Part shown: piece by piece, positions 45,249-54,578 of the stretch
How the letters are laid out: each line of letters begins with the position of its first letter
Position numbering within the stretch: position 1 is the first letter of the stretch
Origin: a virus
Lineage: Duplodnaviria > Caudoviricetes
DNA length: 64,000 bases
Reading direction: 5' to 3' (one strand)
IMG/VR virus record: IMGVR_UViG_3300037846_000091
Span: 9,015 to 73,014 of that record
Position numbers and translations under genes: made by a program
Notes under the pieces: model-generated
What the model was told of the DNA's origin: nothing
Database searches by the model: none
What the model saw: the letters and a program-made list of their open reading frames with translations, nothing else

Positions 45249-45565
45249 ATGAAGACGTTCCGCGACATTCAACCGGAATATACAGAAGTGGCAAGACGTG
45301 CGATTGCGGCATTGTCGAAAGTTGGGAAGGATTCCAACAGCGCATCGCCGGCTATGGATGGAAGCATGAAACTGTCTTTTCCTGCGACCATTTCAAGCAA
45401 AGGACAATGGAATCTCCATGCCGTTTCTGCGGCAAGAAGAATACGCCGGTTCGCCAGGTGCCGGTGCCGATTCCGGTAAGCGATTGCTACTGTGACGACT
45501 GCGCTAGCAAGTGCGCTGATTTTTACCACAGCGCTATGAAGGAGTCGCCATGCGCCCAATCCTGA
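45233..45565 (+). CDS. Cys-rich hypothetical protein
   Basis: CDC, CRFC and CYCDDC; coupled on both sides. Confidence 0.55.
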   Translation: MRPILDEDVPRHSTGIYRSGKTCDCGIVESWEGFQQRIAGYGWKHETVFSCDHFKQRTMESPCRFCGKKNTPVRQVPVPIPVSDCYCDDCASKCADFYHSAMKESPCAQS

Positions 45566-46500
45566 GCATGGACACGGTGCAAATCGAAATCACGGACGCC
45601 TGCGTGTTCCGCTGCGGCAACTGCACGCGGTTCTGCGGCAGCAAAAAGCCGTTCTACATGGAGATGGATTACTACCGCCGCGCCGTCGATAGCATGGTGG
45701 GCTACCCTAACATGGTCGGGATCATGGGCGGCGAGCCTCTGCTTCATCCGCAATTCGCGGAGATATGCGACTATGCCCTGGCCACGTTGGGCAAGAAACA
45801 TCTCGGGCTGTGGTCCACCTTCCCGGCGGGGTACGAACACCATCGGGATACCATCTGCCGGACGTTCGACTATATTTTCCTGAACGACCATTCCCGCGGC
45901 GACATCTTTCATTCGCCGATCCTGGTGTCATCCGACCACGTTTTCAGGAATGATCCTGAAAACCCCCTACGCTGGCAACTCATCAACGACTGCTGGGTTC
46001 AGAACACCTGGTCGGCTTCGATCAACCCAAAGGGCGCGTTTTTCTGCGAGGTCGCGGCATCGCTCTCCATGCTCTTCGATGGACCCGCCGGCTGGCCGGT
46101 CGAACCCGGCTGGTGGCGCAGAATGCCCTGGCAGTACGGCGAGCAGATCGAATGGGCGTGCAGGCGCTGCGGCTGCGCCATGCCGTTGCAGCGCCGAAGC
46201 AGCCAGGACGAACGCGACGACGTTAGCCCAGACAACCTGATTCAGCTTGGCCTGGTCAAGAGCAAGAAGGTAGCGGCCGGGGACGTGGTTGTCCACGAAG
46301 CTCCGCAACTGGTGTCGAAGGGGGAGCTTGCCTATCACCAGGCTTACAAGGACACCGCCTGGCGGCAGACCGTGGCGGCCAAGTACGGGATCTTCCTGGA
46401 GGTCACCGACCGGGGATTCTGGCGCCCACACTTGCAGAAATGCATTTCTGCAGCGAGCCGGCCATCGGCGTTTGCCGAGATGCAGGCGAAGTATCAGTGA
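45550..46500 (+). CDS. Radical SAM protein
   Basis: CVFRCGNC (CxxxCxxC), GGEPLLHP, extra C-terminal cysteines. Confidence 0.9.
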   Translation: MRPILSMDTVQIEITDACVFRCGNCTRFCGSKKPFYMEMDYYRRAVDSMVGYPNMVGIMGGEPLLHPQFAEICDYALATLGKKHLGLWSTFPAGYEHHRDTICRTFDYIFLNDHSRGDIFHSPILVSSDHVFRNDPENPLRWQLINDCWVQNTWSASINPKGAFFCEVAASLSMLFDGPAGWPVEPGWWRRMPWQYGEQIEWACRRCGCAMPLQRRSSQDERDDVSPDNLIQLGLVKSKKVAAGDVVVHEAPQLVSKGELAYHQAYKDTAWRQTVAAKYGIFLEVTDRGFWRPHLQKCISAASRPSAFAEMQAKYQ

Positions 46501-46654
46501 GGCTGTGATTCCGCGAGCCTGTCAGCCTCAATAGCCTCTTGCGCGTAAGCACCTTCGATGCCCACCATGTACCATTCGCCGAGAAACTGTGGGCAGTGAT
46601 ACCTGACCACGACCAGCGTTCCGGCCCTGAAGATTTGGCCGTCTCTGGTTATGG

Positions 46655-46999
46655 TCACTCCAGGGGCAGGGCACGGATGGCGGACGCCGCTTTCTCAAGG
46701 GCAGTCGCCTTGTGCCTGTAGACTTCTCGCCAGGCAAGATCGGTTTGCTTCTCACCTTGCTCAGAGATGATGCCAGCGTTCTCGATCATCTTGGCCGCGC
46801 ACCGCTCTCGCATGTCGGCGACGGCCGCCTTCGTGTGCTCTGGCGGCCACCAGCCTTCTTGCAGGGCCAGTAGCGCCTGCAGCCGTTCGACTTCGGCGAG
46901 CAGGTCGGTGATGTGTTCGTTATAAGGCCAACCGATCAGGCGACGTTTTAATACTTTTGACGCAACCCTTCTAATTTCCGCCAGCCTCTCGGGTGTCAT
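46655..46999 (-). CDS. Opposite-strand phage hypothetical protein
   Basis: MTPERLAEIR..DLLAEVERL..MRERCA..AIRALPL; GAGGGA RBS. Confidence 0.7.
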   Translation of the reverse strand: MTPERLAEIRRVASKVLKRRLIGWPYNEHITDLLAEVERLQALLALQEGWWPPEHTKAAVADMRERCAAKMIENAGIISEQGEKQTDLAWREVYRHKATALEKAASAIRALPLE

Positions 47000-47035
47000 C
47001 GCAGTCCCTCAATTCGACTTCGGCATCTCCCAGCC

Positions 47036-47575
47036 ATGATACTCCACCTGCCCTGTGGAGGAAACGCCGTGGCTTTGTGGGATAGGTTCCTCAATCGTGT
47101 TTTCGGCGCTCGCGTGGCTGGTGCATGGGCACAGCGCAGTGCTAACCGCGCCGCCGCCAAGGCTCAGGCAGAGTTGCGCGGCAAGCGCGGCGGCAAGATG
47201 GTCGAGGGCCACCGCGGCATCGGCGTGGGTCTGGGCGCCAAGCCAGGGCCGAAGAAGTCCACCGGGCAGGACGTAAACCGGCAGAGCATCGGCAAGGACG
47301 AAATCGAGGACTTTTTGTGGCACGGAGCGCCGCTGTTCGTTTACTCAAGTAACGTGGGCTTTTGCCAGTATTACCCCGAGACGGAGAAGATGCAAATTGA
47401 GTACCTGGCCAAGGGCAACAAGCCGGCACGGAAGTACCTGTACTCCAGCGTGACCCACGCCGAAGCTCTTGATTTTGCACAGGCGCAGTCGAAAGGAATC
47501 TGGGTCTGGGACCACATTCGCGTGCGCGGCAAGGGTAACGCGCACTTGAGCCGCAAGCCGTTTGTTGAGCTGTGA
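47036..47575 (+). CDS. KTSC-domain protein
   Basis: SSNV..YYPETEKMQIEY..YLY..AQSKG. Confidence 0.75.
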   Translation: MILHLPCGGNAVALWDRFLNRVFGARVAGAWAQRSANRAAAKAQAELRGKRGGKMVEGHRGIGVGLGAKPGPKKSTGQDVNRQSIGKDEIEDFLWHGAPLFVYSSNVGFCQYYPETEKMQIEYLAKGNKPARKYLYSSVTHAEALDFAQAQSKGIWVWDHIRVRGKGNAHLSRKPFVEL

Positions 47576-47619
47576 CGATTTGCACCCGGCACCCCGTTCC
47601 GGCGATAGTGGTTCCCGAC

Positions 47620-48822
47620 ATGGCCGCCAACCCGCGATTTGACGACCCGAACCTCTGGACCGTGGAAGACGGGGTAACGGTCTTTGACGAACATGATGAA
47701 CCGCAAGACGATGGGACAGTGCAGCGGTTCGACAAGCCCCGGCTGGAAGGCATAGTCCGCAACTGCAACGTGAAGGACCAGCAGGGCCAGTATTGCAAAT
47801 TGACTTTGGGGCACACGAAAGACGATGCTCCTGAATACGAACAGCCCGAGAGCGTGGGATTCGCTCGCAAGTTCCGGGTGGAGTGGAGTCAGGAGCTTGG
47901 CCGCTGGGTAATCCGGTGCGCCTACTTTTTGAACAAGGGTAAGGAAGGGGTGGCAAGGACGTACCCCAGCACCTCGGTAGAGAGGTGGATTCGCAGCGAC
48001 TTTTTTGACCCGATTGCCCTGTTGAGGCGAACGCCCGACAGGCCGGTGGGTCAGTGGACATACGCCCGCAAGGGTGAGGTCGTCCGATACGCGATGGGAG
48101 CAACCATGAGTCCCGCAGCCGCAGCCCCCGCAACGCCAGTCATGCCGAGCGCCACCAACGGGGCAGCCCCCGCGCCGAAGGCCGAGAAGCCGCCCTACCC
48201 CGAGGGCGTGCAGCCGGGCTCTCCCGACGCCGACTTCCATGACAAGGTCGTGCGGTCGATGAAGCACTGCTACGGCAAGGAGCTGGACAGCCTGGCCGGT
48301 GGCACCCCGAACCCCGGCCTTGAGGCACCGCAGGTCAAGGCCCCGGTCCCGAAGTTCCCCGAGCCTGGCAACGACGACGACAAGGGCAAGGACAAGCTGG
48401 CCAAGGACGATGAGGAGCGGAAGCGCATGGCGATGGAGGGCGAGCGCATCAAGTACGCCGCCCTGGAAGAGCGGCAACGGGCCACCGAAGCCGAGCTGGC
48501 CGTGATGCGGTACGAGAAGAAAAAGGCCGTCGTCGAGCGGAAGATCACTCAGGTTGAGGCCGAAGGTTACGTCCTCAACCGGCCCGTTGAGTTCGAGACG
48601 GTCATGAAGATGGAGGACAAGGAGCAGGATGCCTACCTCGAAGGCATCAAGCAGTATCGGCACAAGGCTCCCATCGGCAACCGCTTCTTCGACACGGGAC
48701 CGGCTCCCATCGGCGGACAGCCTCGCTTCGATCAGAACAAGCTGGACAAGGCCCTCGAAATCCATCGCAGCACGGGCGTGACGATGGAAGAGGCGGCCAA
48801 GCAGGTGATGAACGGACAGTGA
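47620..48822 (+). CDS. Prohead protease / scaffold fusion (Mu gpI-like)
   Basis: LGHT (His) and YPSTSVE (Ser) region, IALL..TP, then Pro/Ala linker and coiled coil; start 47620 or 47572. Confidence 0.7.
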   Translation: MAANPRFDDPNLWTVEDGVTVFDEHDEPQDDGTVQRFDKPRLEGIVRNCNVKDQQGQYCKLTLGHTKDDAPEYEQPESVGFARKFRVEWSQELGRWVIRCAYFLNKGKEGVARTYPSTSVERWIRSDFFDPIALLRRTPDRPVGQWTYARKGEVVRYAMGATMSPAAAAPATPVMPSATNGAAPAPKAEKPPYPEGVQPGSPDADFHDKVVRSMKHCYGKELDSLAGGTPNPGLEAPQVKAPVPKFPEPGNDDDKGKDKLAKDDEERKRMAMEGERIKYAALEERQRATEAELAVMRYEKKKAVVERKITQVEAEGYVLNRPVEFETVMKMEDKEQDAYLEGIKQYRHKAPIGNRFFDTGPAPIGGQPRFDQNKLDKALEIHRSTGVTMEEAAKQVMNGQ

Positions 48823-48865
48823 TCGAGGGGCCGCCCGAGTCGGCGGCCGCAGATTTAGCCTCAAT

Positions 48866-48930
48866 CGGGAGTAGCTACCCGATGAGGGAGCGTAGCCAAA
48901 CCTACGCATACCGTGGCCGTTTGGGGCCGC
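48866..48930 (+). ncRNA. Late-leader two-hairpin element, copy 2
   Basis: CGGG-AG-TAGCT-A-CCCG, then GTGGCC-GTTTGG-GGCCGC. Confidence 0.6.
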
Positions 48931-48963
48931 CGACCGAGTGGCCCCTTTCGACTGAGGTGTGCG

Positions 48964-49779
48964 ATGCCTTTCAACGTCGGTATTCCGGTCCTTGGCACGT
49001 TCAGCCAGGCATCTCTCGCCAGCGGCACAACGGCCGCGACCATGCTCATCCCGCCGTTCGCCGGACCCATCGGCGGGGCGCCTTACCTCTACAACGCCAA
49101 CCAGACCAACGTGCCGCTGACGATCGCCGTGGTGCAGACGAAAGCCAACTGGCTGCAGTCGCCGCAGTTCGGCGTGCCGCACATTACCTCGATCATCGTC
49201 AACGCCAGCGCCACTAGCCACACGGTCACAATTCTGCGGCCCCTCAACTGGACCTATTTCCCCGCGGGCCTGGCCAAGAATACCACGGCCATCCCCAACG
49301 GGTCGGGCGCCAGCAGCACCGGGCTCTACGACGACCCCGGCGTCTACAGCACCAACTACAAGTATCCGACGCCTGGCTCAGTGGCCCCCGGCCTGGTGGC
49401 CGATGCCGCGATCAGCGGCACCAACCTCGCCGTGTGCTATCAGCTTGCCGATGGCACCTGGCAGTATGACACCATTGCGTCGGGTACGTTCAACAGCAGC
49501 TTGACGCTGACCACGGGCACCCCCAACCGCACGGGCGGGGCCATTCCGGCGGGTGCTCCCCTGTTCTACTTCGGCGTGCTTGCCGGCACTCTGCTTGACC
49601 CCGCGACGGGCCTGGCCGGCTGGCAGTTCGCAACCAAGGTCAGCGCCGTGGACACCTACACCGATGTGCTGACGGGGCTGTTCAACGGGCTCCACTATGG
49701 CGACCCACTGATTTGCTACGACGCGAACGCCACCGCCGCTGACAGCATCATGGTAACGGGCTATTACGGGGCGTACTAA
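48964..49779 (+). CDS. Head-associated structural hypothetical protein
   Basis: GAGG RBS, ATG 48964; Thr/Gly-rich. Confidence 0.7.
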   Translation: MPFNVGIPVLGTFSQASLASGTTAATMLIPPFAGPIGGAPYLYNANQTNVPLTIAVVQTKANWLQSPQFGVPHITSIIVNASATSHTVTILRPLNWTYFPAGLAKNTTAIPNGSGASSTGLYDDPGVYSTNYKYPTPGSVAPGLVADAAISGTNLAVCYQLADGTWQYDTIASGTFNSSLTLTTGTPNRTGGAIPAGAPLFYFGVLAGTLLDPATGLAGWQFATKVSAVDTYTDVLTGLFNGLHYGDPLICYDANATAADSIMVTGYYGAY

Positions 49780-49789
49780 CGAGGGCACA

Positions 49790-50203
49790 ATGGCCGACGA
49801 AAAGAAATCGCAGAGCAAGGAAGAGGCGAAGGAACAGTTTCGCCGCCAGGCTGCGCTGGCCATCCTGGGCGCCTTCGTGAGCCGCACCGGCGGCTTCGGC
49901 ACGGAGCTGGAGCGGACGGACATCGCTCGCATGGTCTGGCGGTTTGCCGATGCCTTCGTGGACGCGGAGAACGCGCCAGTCCTACAGCCAACGCCGACGA
50001 TGGAGAGCAGGCCGCGACCCGCAGGCCGTCCTGCACACCCGAGCGACGAATGGGCGGTGCGGTATGGCGACAAGCAGCGGCGGGGATTCACGAGCCACGA
50101 AGAGGCTGTGTTCTACGCGGCGAGCAAGCCGGGGGCAACGGTTGTGCTGGTAAGTGGCCCGGAGATGACGGGCGTGCTGACCGCGCCGGCATCGGTTCCG
50201 TGA
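49790..50203 (+). CDS. Hypothetical protein
   Basis: GAGGG RBS. Confidence 0.65.
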   Translation: MADEKKSQSKEEAKEQFRRQAALAILGAFVSRTGGFGTELERTDIARMVWRFADAFVDAENAPVLQPTPTMESRPRPAGRPAHPSDEWAVRYGDKQRRGFTSHEEAVFYAASKPGATVVLVSGPEMTGVLTAPASVP

Positions 50204-50252
50204 GAGGTTTCAAGGACTTATTAAGTCCCAGAAAGTCTGAGAGGGTTCAATC

Positions 50253-50645
50253 ATGACTGGCACCGCGGCTGGCAACATAACCCCATCGGCCTTCGTAGTT
50301 CGCGCGACCACGACGGACGCACAGTACCTACTGGCGACCGGCAACAGCACGCCGATTGCCGGCATCAGCGGCATCGGCACGCGCTACCCGCCCTACGCCG
50401 GCTTGAACGACGGCAACATTGCGATTGCCGGCGAGAACTTTCGGCTGTACCAGGCCGGGCGCGACCTGGAAGCGCCCCTTATGCTGGGCGGCACGGTTGC
50501 CGCAGGCGACCTGCTCACCAGCGATGCCAACGGGCACGGCATCACCACCACGACGGCGGGCCAGTTCATCGGCGCACAGGCAATGATGGCCGGGGTTGCC
50601 AATCAGGTGATTTCGGTCAAGCCGATGTTCGGGCCGCAATCGTAA
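50253..50645 (+). CDS. Capsid cement / decoration protein (DUF2190-like)
   Basis: GGTVAAGDLLTSDANG; directly upstream of the MCP. Confidence 0.7.
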   Translation: MTGTAAGNITPSAFVVRATTTDAQYLLATGNSTPIAGISGIGTRYPPYAGLNDGNIAIAGENFRLYQAGRDLEAPLMLGGTVAAGDLLTSDANGHGITTTTAGQFIGAQAMMAGVANQVISVKPMFGPQS

Positions 50646-50663
50646 ACATTTGAGAGGCAAGTG

Positions 50664-50715
50664 GGGGGTAGCTTCCCCGCGAGCCACCGGAACATACGCG
50701 GTCGTTTGGGGCCGC
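50664..50715 (+). ncRNA. Late-leader two-hairpin element, copy 3
   Basis: GGGGG-TAGCT-TCCCC, then GCGGTC-GTTTGG-GGCCGC. Confidence 0.6.
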
Positions 50716-50749
50716 CGACAACGGGTAATTTCATCCGTCGAGGCGATCC

Positions 50750-51838
50750 ATGACCACGCCAGTTTTTCCGAGCGCGACGAACCTCTTTATCCCCCAGGCA
50801 ACTGGCCAGGTGATTGGGTTCCTCCGGAAGCCAGGCAAGTTCAAGCTTTTCGATTACGCCCAGCTGGTCAAGTCCACTCGCACGGGTGGCGACGGCTGGC
50901 CTGTCTGCCTCTTCACCACCATCGACCCCGACGCGCCGGTGCGAGTCGTCACCGACCAGGAGTACGCCTGGGAAGATGGCGACGATCCCCCGGAAGGCAG
51001 CGGGATGATGGTGAACTTCACCACGACGGAAGTCCGCATGTTCCGGCGGGCCTATCCGTACCGGATCGGCGAGCAGGCCGCGGACACTGCCAACCTCTTC
51101 CCCGTGCTGCCGGTCTACCGTCAGGTCGCGCTGATGGAGGCCATGACGAACAAAACGGCCCGCGTGTGGACGCTGCTCGACAACGCGACCAACTGGGGCA
51201 ACAACACCGCCGATGCCAACGTGCTGAATGGCGGCAAGGGCAAGTGGACCACGGCCAGCGCCACCGAGGGCAGTCCCTACTATCTCGCCATCAAGCGGTC
51301 TGTCACCGCGGCCGTTCAGGCGATCAACCTGGCGACGAACAGCGTGGTTCAGCCAGAGGACCTGAAGCTCGTCATCAGCCCCATGCTGGCCATGAACGCG
51401 GCCAACTCCGGAGAAATCACGGATTACCTCAAGGGCAGCCCGTTCGCCAAGATGCAGCAGGAAGGCAAGGAGCGCGGCAAGAACCAGCAGTACGGCTTCC
51501 CCGATTACTACGGTGGGGTCGAGGTCGTGGTCGAGGACGCCAGCCGCGTGACCGACCGTCCCTACGGCGGCAGCAGCGCCGGCACCACCAGTACCACGAA
51601 CCGTAACTATATCAAGGGCGCGACCAACGCGGTGCTCATCAGCCGACAGGGTGGCCTGGATGGGGTCGAGGGCGCACCGAGTTTCAGTACTCTACAAATT
51701 TACTACTACAAGTACGAAATGGCCGTCGAAGAGCGTACAGATCAGTGGGCGAAAAGGGTGGATGGAAGAGTTCTGGATCAATTCAAGGAAGTCCTTTCGG
51801 CCTCGCGTGCTGGTTACGATATAACAAACTGTCAATAA
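50750..51838 (+). CDS. Major capsid protein
   Basis: 362 aa, position after protease and cement genes, strongly biased codons. Confidence 0.7.
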   Translation: MTTPVFPSATNLFIPQATGQVIGFLRKPGKFKLFDYAQLVKSTRTGGDGWPVCLFTTIDPDAPVRVVTDQEYAWEDGDDPPEGSGMMVNFTTTEVRMFRRAYPYRIGEQAADTANLFPVLPVYRQVALMEAMTNKTARVWTLLDNATNWGNNTADANVLNGGKGKWTTASATEGSPYYLAIKRSVTAAVQAINLATNSVVQPEDLKLVISPMLAMNAANSGEITDYLKGSPFAKMQQEGKERGKNQQYGFPDYYGGVEVVVEDASRVTDRPYGGSSAGTTSTTNRNYIKGATNAVLISRQGGLDGVEGAPSFSTLQIYYYKYEMAVEERTDQWAKRVDGRVLDQFKEVLSASRAGYDITNCQ

Positions 51839-51858
51839 AGGGATAGGTCAAGTAGAAA

Positions 51859-52044
51859 ATGGCCTACAAGGACACACACGGCAACCTGGCGCTGCCGACT
51901 CTGGAAGATGGTCGCGTGCCGGTCAGCGACGACGCCGACAACAGCGTATTCGAGCAAATGCTGCTGGAGTTGCGGGCCATCCGAATCGGCTTGGAATTGC
52001 AGCTTGGGATTGACCGGGACGACCTAATCGAAAAGGCGAGGTGA
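51859..52044 (+). CDS. Hypothetical protein
   Basis: LLELRAIRIGL; follows the MCP. Confidence 0.6.
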   Translation: MAYKDTHGNLALPTLEDGRVPVSDDADNSVFEQMLLELRAIRIGLELQLGIDRDDLIEKAR

Positions 52045-52047
52045 TTT

Positions 52048-52707
52048 GTGGCAAACGTATTTGAGCTTGAGGTCGGCCCTTCGAGGGCGCCGGACAACAC
52101 GGTGACGCGCGCCCGCGGCGGCAACCAGGGCGAAATCATTACCGGCGAGATGTCCGGCAAGCACTTTGAGCAGTGCCTGCGCGGCAAGACGTTCAATTAC
52201 ACCGTCGCCAGCCAGGCTCTCTTGCTCGCCGCCACGACCGGCGGGCACCCGACCGTCATCAACCCGATGGGCAGCCAATATCTGTTCATCCCGCTCTCCC
52301 TCACCATCGGCTTCATCTCGGGCACCACGGTCATCGGCTCTGTTGTCATCGGCGACACGCTGAACGTCGCCGGCGCCCCGGCCACGGGCGGCCCGATTCT
52401 GACAGCCACGCTTGCTACCCCCGTGGGCGCCTTCCGCGGCAGCGGCCCGAACGTCAAGAGCAACATGCTGTGGAGCCCGACGACGAACACCTTCACCGCG
52501 GCCCCGACGATCAACGAGGCCACGGCCATCAACCTGGGCGCCGCCGACCCGACCAACAGCGGCGGGCCGCACAAGCACTACTTCGACGGCCTGACGATCT
52601 ACGGGCCCGGTTCGGCCATGTCGATCTGCTATTCGGTCACAACTTCGACCGCGCTTTTCAATATCACGCTGAAGGGTCTCGAGATCCCGATCCCGCAAAC
52701 AGCGTAA
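52048..52707 (+). CDS. Structural hypothetical protein
   Basis: Thr/Gly/Ala-rich; GAGG RBS. Confidence 0.7.
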   Translation: MANVFELEVGPSRAPDNTVTRARGGNQGEIITGEMSGKHFEQCLRGKTFNYTVASQALLLAATTGGHPTVINPMGSQYLFIPLSLTIGFISGTTVIGSVVIGDTLNVAGAPATGGPILTATLATPVGAFRGSGPNVKSNMLWSPTTNTFTAAPTINEATAINLGAADPTNSGGPHKHYFDGLTIYGPGSAMSICYSVTTSTALFNITLKGLEIPIPQTA

Positions 52708-52790
52708 GCAGCCACGCCGGGAGCGGAGCAAGCGGCGATAGTCGGAGCGTCCCCCGGATAGCCGGCACGCTTTCCGGCGGAGGAGAAACC

Positions 52791-53390
52791 GTGTCGGTAT
52801 CCATCTCAAACCCTACCCCATATTTGCCTATCGCGCAGTTCCTCCTCCGCTGTGACGTGCGGACGGTGGCCAAGCTCTGTAGCGACGACGGCACCGTTGC
52901 GGGCCTCGCCCCGGCCAATGCGACGACGCCAATACCGACCGCCAACATTATCTCGGCGCTGACCAACACCAGCACCCCCTACTACGCCAACCTGAACGCG
53001 GCCCTGACCGATGCGTCGGGGAGGCTGGAGTCGGCTTGTGTGCGGGGAAACATCTATGCACCGTCCGACCTGGCCAATGTGCTTTCGGGGAATAGTCTGG
53101 GGTATCTTTATCGCATCGTTACCGAACTGACGGTCTGCTACCTGTACGACCGCCGGCCCAACGCGCTGGCCGACATGGAGCCGCCGGCATTCTACGGGCG
53201 TGCCGAAGTCGAGCTTGCGGAACTGGCGAACGGGCAACGGATCTTCGCGCTGGACGTGACGGCTGACGCGGGCAGCACGTCGGGGGTTGCGATTGACCCG
53301 GTGGCGAGCCAGTTCAACCCGGTCACCAATGTATTAATTTGCCGCAGACTCTTTGGCCGGCGCGGCGCCCAAACCTGCCAGAACGATTGA
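52791..53390 (+). CDS. Head-tail adaptor (Mu gp36 / DUF1320-like)
   Basis: GGAGGAG RBS, GTG 52791; AALTDASGRLES..GNIY..YLYDRR. Confidence 0.65.
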   Translation: MSVSISNPTPYLPIAQFLLRCDVRTVAKLCSDDGTVAGLAPANATTPIPTANIISALTNTSTPYYANLNAALTDASGRLESACVRGNIYAPSDLANVLSGNSLGYLYRIVTELTVCYLYDRRPNALADMEPPAFYGRAEVELAELANGQRIFALDVTADAGSTSGVAIDPVASQFNPVTNVLICRRLFGRRGAQTCQND

Positions 53391-53400
53391 GGGGTGAGGT

Positions 53401-53976
53401 ATGCCAGCGAGTCAGACATGTACGGGTCCGGTGTTCGTTCTGATCGGGACTAACCCGATCTATTACGTCGGCACCGGCCGCATGGGTCCGACCGTCGCGC
53501 TGCGCCCACACTATCGACCCGTCATCAATGACCTGACCGGCGAGGAACCCCTTGACGACGTGTTCGCCAGCCGCGGCGCCGTCACGACGGTGGACTTCAC
53601 GCGCTTCGACGAGACGGTGCTACGCCGCATCGAGAGCTTCCCTAATCGCGGCACCAGCCAGCCGGGAGTGACGCTGCCCGGTGACATTGGCGCCATGATG
53701 ATCGCGGAGGGTCTCGCCTATCCGCTCTACCTCTGGTACTCGCGCGGAGGTGCGGGACCCGGCGCCAACGCGCCCATGATCGCCAACGGGATGCCGGTTG
53801 GCCGCCGCTATATCGCCAGCCGGGTGGACGGCGACATTGTTCGCAAGACCGGTAGCCAGCCCGGCGAAGTCCATATCGCCTGGCTTCACCGCCCCGTGCT
53901 GGTCAGGGGCGGCGCCGGTGGCACGACGATCTACGATTTCAACTTGTCGGCCCTCAACGTCGGAATGCTCTCCTAA
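53401..53976 (+). CDS. Putative tail tube or tail structural protein
   Basis: GAGG RBS; position just before the frameshifting chaperone. Confidence 0.5.
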   Translation: MPASQTCTGPVFVLIGTNPIYYVGTGRMGPTVALRPHYRPVINDLTGEEPLDDVFASRGAVTTVDFTRFDETVLRRIESFPNRGTSQPGVTLPGDIGAMMIAEGLAYPLYLWYSRGGAGPGANAPMIANGMPVGRRYIASRVDGDIVRKTGSQPGEVHIAWLHRPVLVRGGAGGTTIYDFNLSALNVGMLS

Positions 53977-53979
53977 CCC

Positions 53980-54333
53980 ATGCCCGACCCAAGCAAAATC
54001 TTCGGCCCGTTCGACCGCGGCGACGGCCAGCCAATTTACGCTGACCCGACCGCGGTCCTGCGTCGTCTCTGGCTTGGCGCCGGCGGCAAGCTGCACGAGG
54101 TGATGGAGAAGGCCAGGGGCGAGGACAGCGATGAATCCTGGCAGGCGCAGGACACCCTGGTTGCGGCAGCGCGCCCGGCGTTCGGCCTGGTGCCGTTCGA
54201 TCCGCTGACGGGCCAAAGCTCCGACGACCACGCGCTGGACGTGCTGGACGAGTTCAACGCCTGGTACGAAAAAAAAAATCTGATAGCCGCTACCGAGCCG
54301 ACCTCGCCGCCGTCTACGGCGCCCACGTCCTGA
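53980..54333 (+). CDS. Tail assembly chaperone (G-like)
   Basis: A10 run at 54269-54278 near its 3' end. Confidence 0.7.
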   Translation: MPDPSKIFGPFDRGDGQPIYADPTAVLRRLWLGAGGKLHEVMEKARGEDSDESWQAQDTLVAAARPAFGLVPFDPLTGQSSDDHALDVLDEFNAWYEKKNLIAATEPTSPPSTAPTS

Positions 54334-54578
54334 CACTTCACCCCGATACCCAATTCGAGCTATGGACACAGCTGCCGCGTGTGCGCCGGCAGCGCGCCTG
54401 CGATATGCTCAGGGCACTCTGTGCCGCGGCCAGCCACGACAGATTGGGCCGGGAGTGGGTTGACGCCGACGCGCCGCTGGCAGAGCAGGTGGACGAGCTC
54501 GAGTATCGGACGGCGATAGCCAGGGCGGACGCTGAGCGGATGGCGCGCCTGAACGCGGAGGTGCCCGATGGACCGTAA
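54270..54578 (+). CDS. -1 frame extension (GT-like product, ~199 aa total)
   Basis: The -1 frame from the A-run is open to TAA 54576-54578 and includes ORF 54381-54578. Confidence 0.7.
   Translation, partial: KKKSDSRYRADLAAVYGAHVLTLHPDTQFELWTQLPRVRRQRACDMLRALCAAASHDRLGREWVDADAPLAEQVDELEYRTAIARADAERMARLNAEVPDGP

Noticed and set aside
47371-49221. Long minus-strand ORFs (also 58579-59826, 37610-38752, 31716-32810)
   Set aside because: Antisense shadows of GC3-biased plus-strand genes, with no motifs or RBS.
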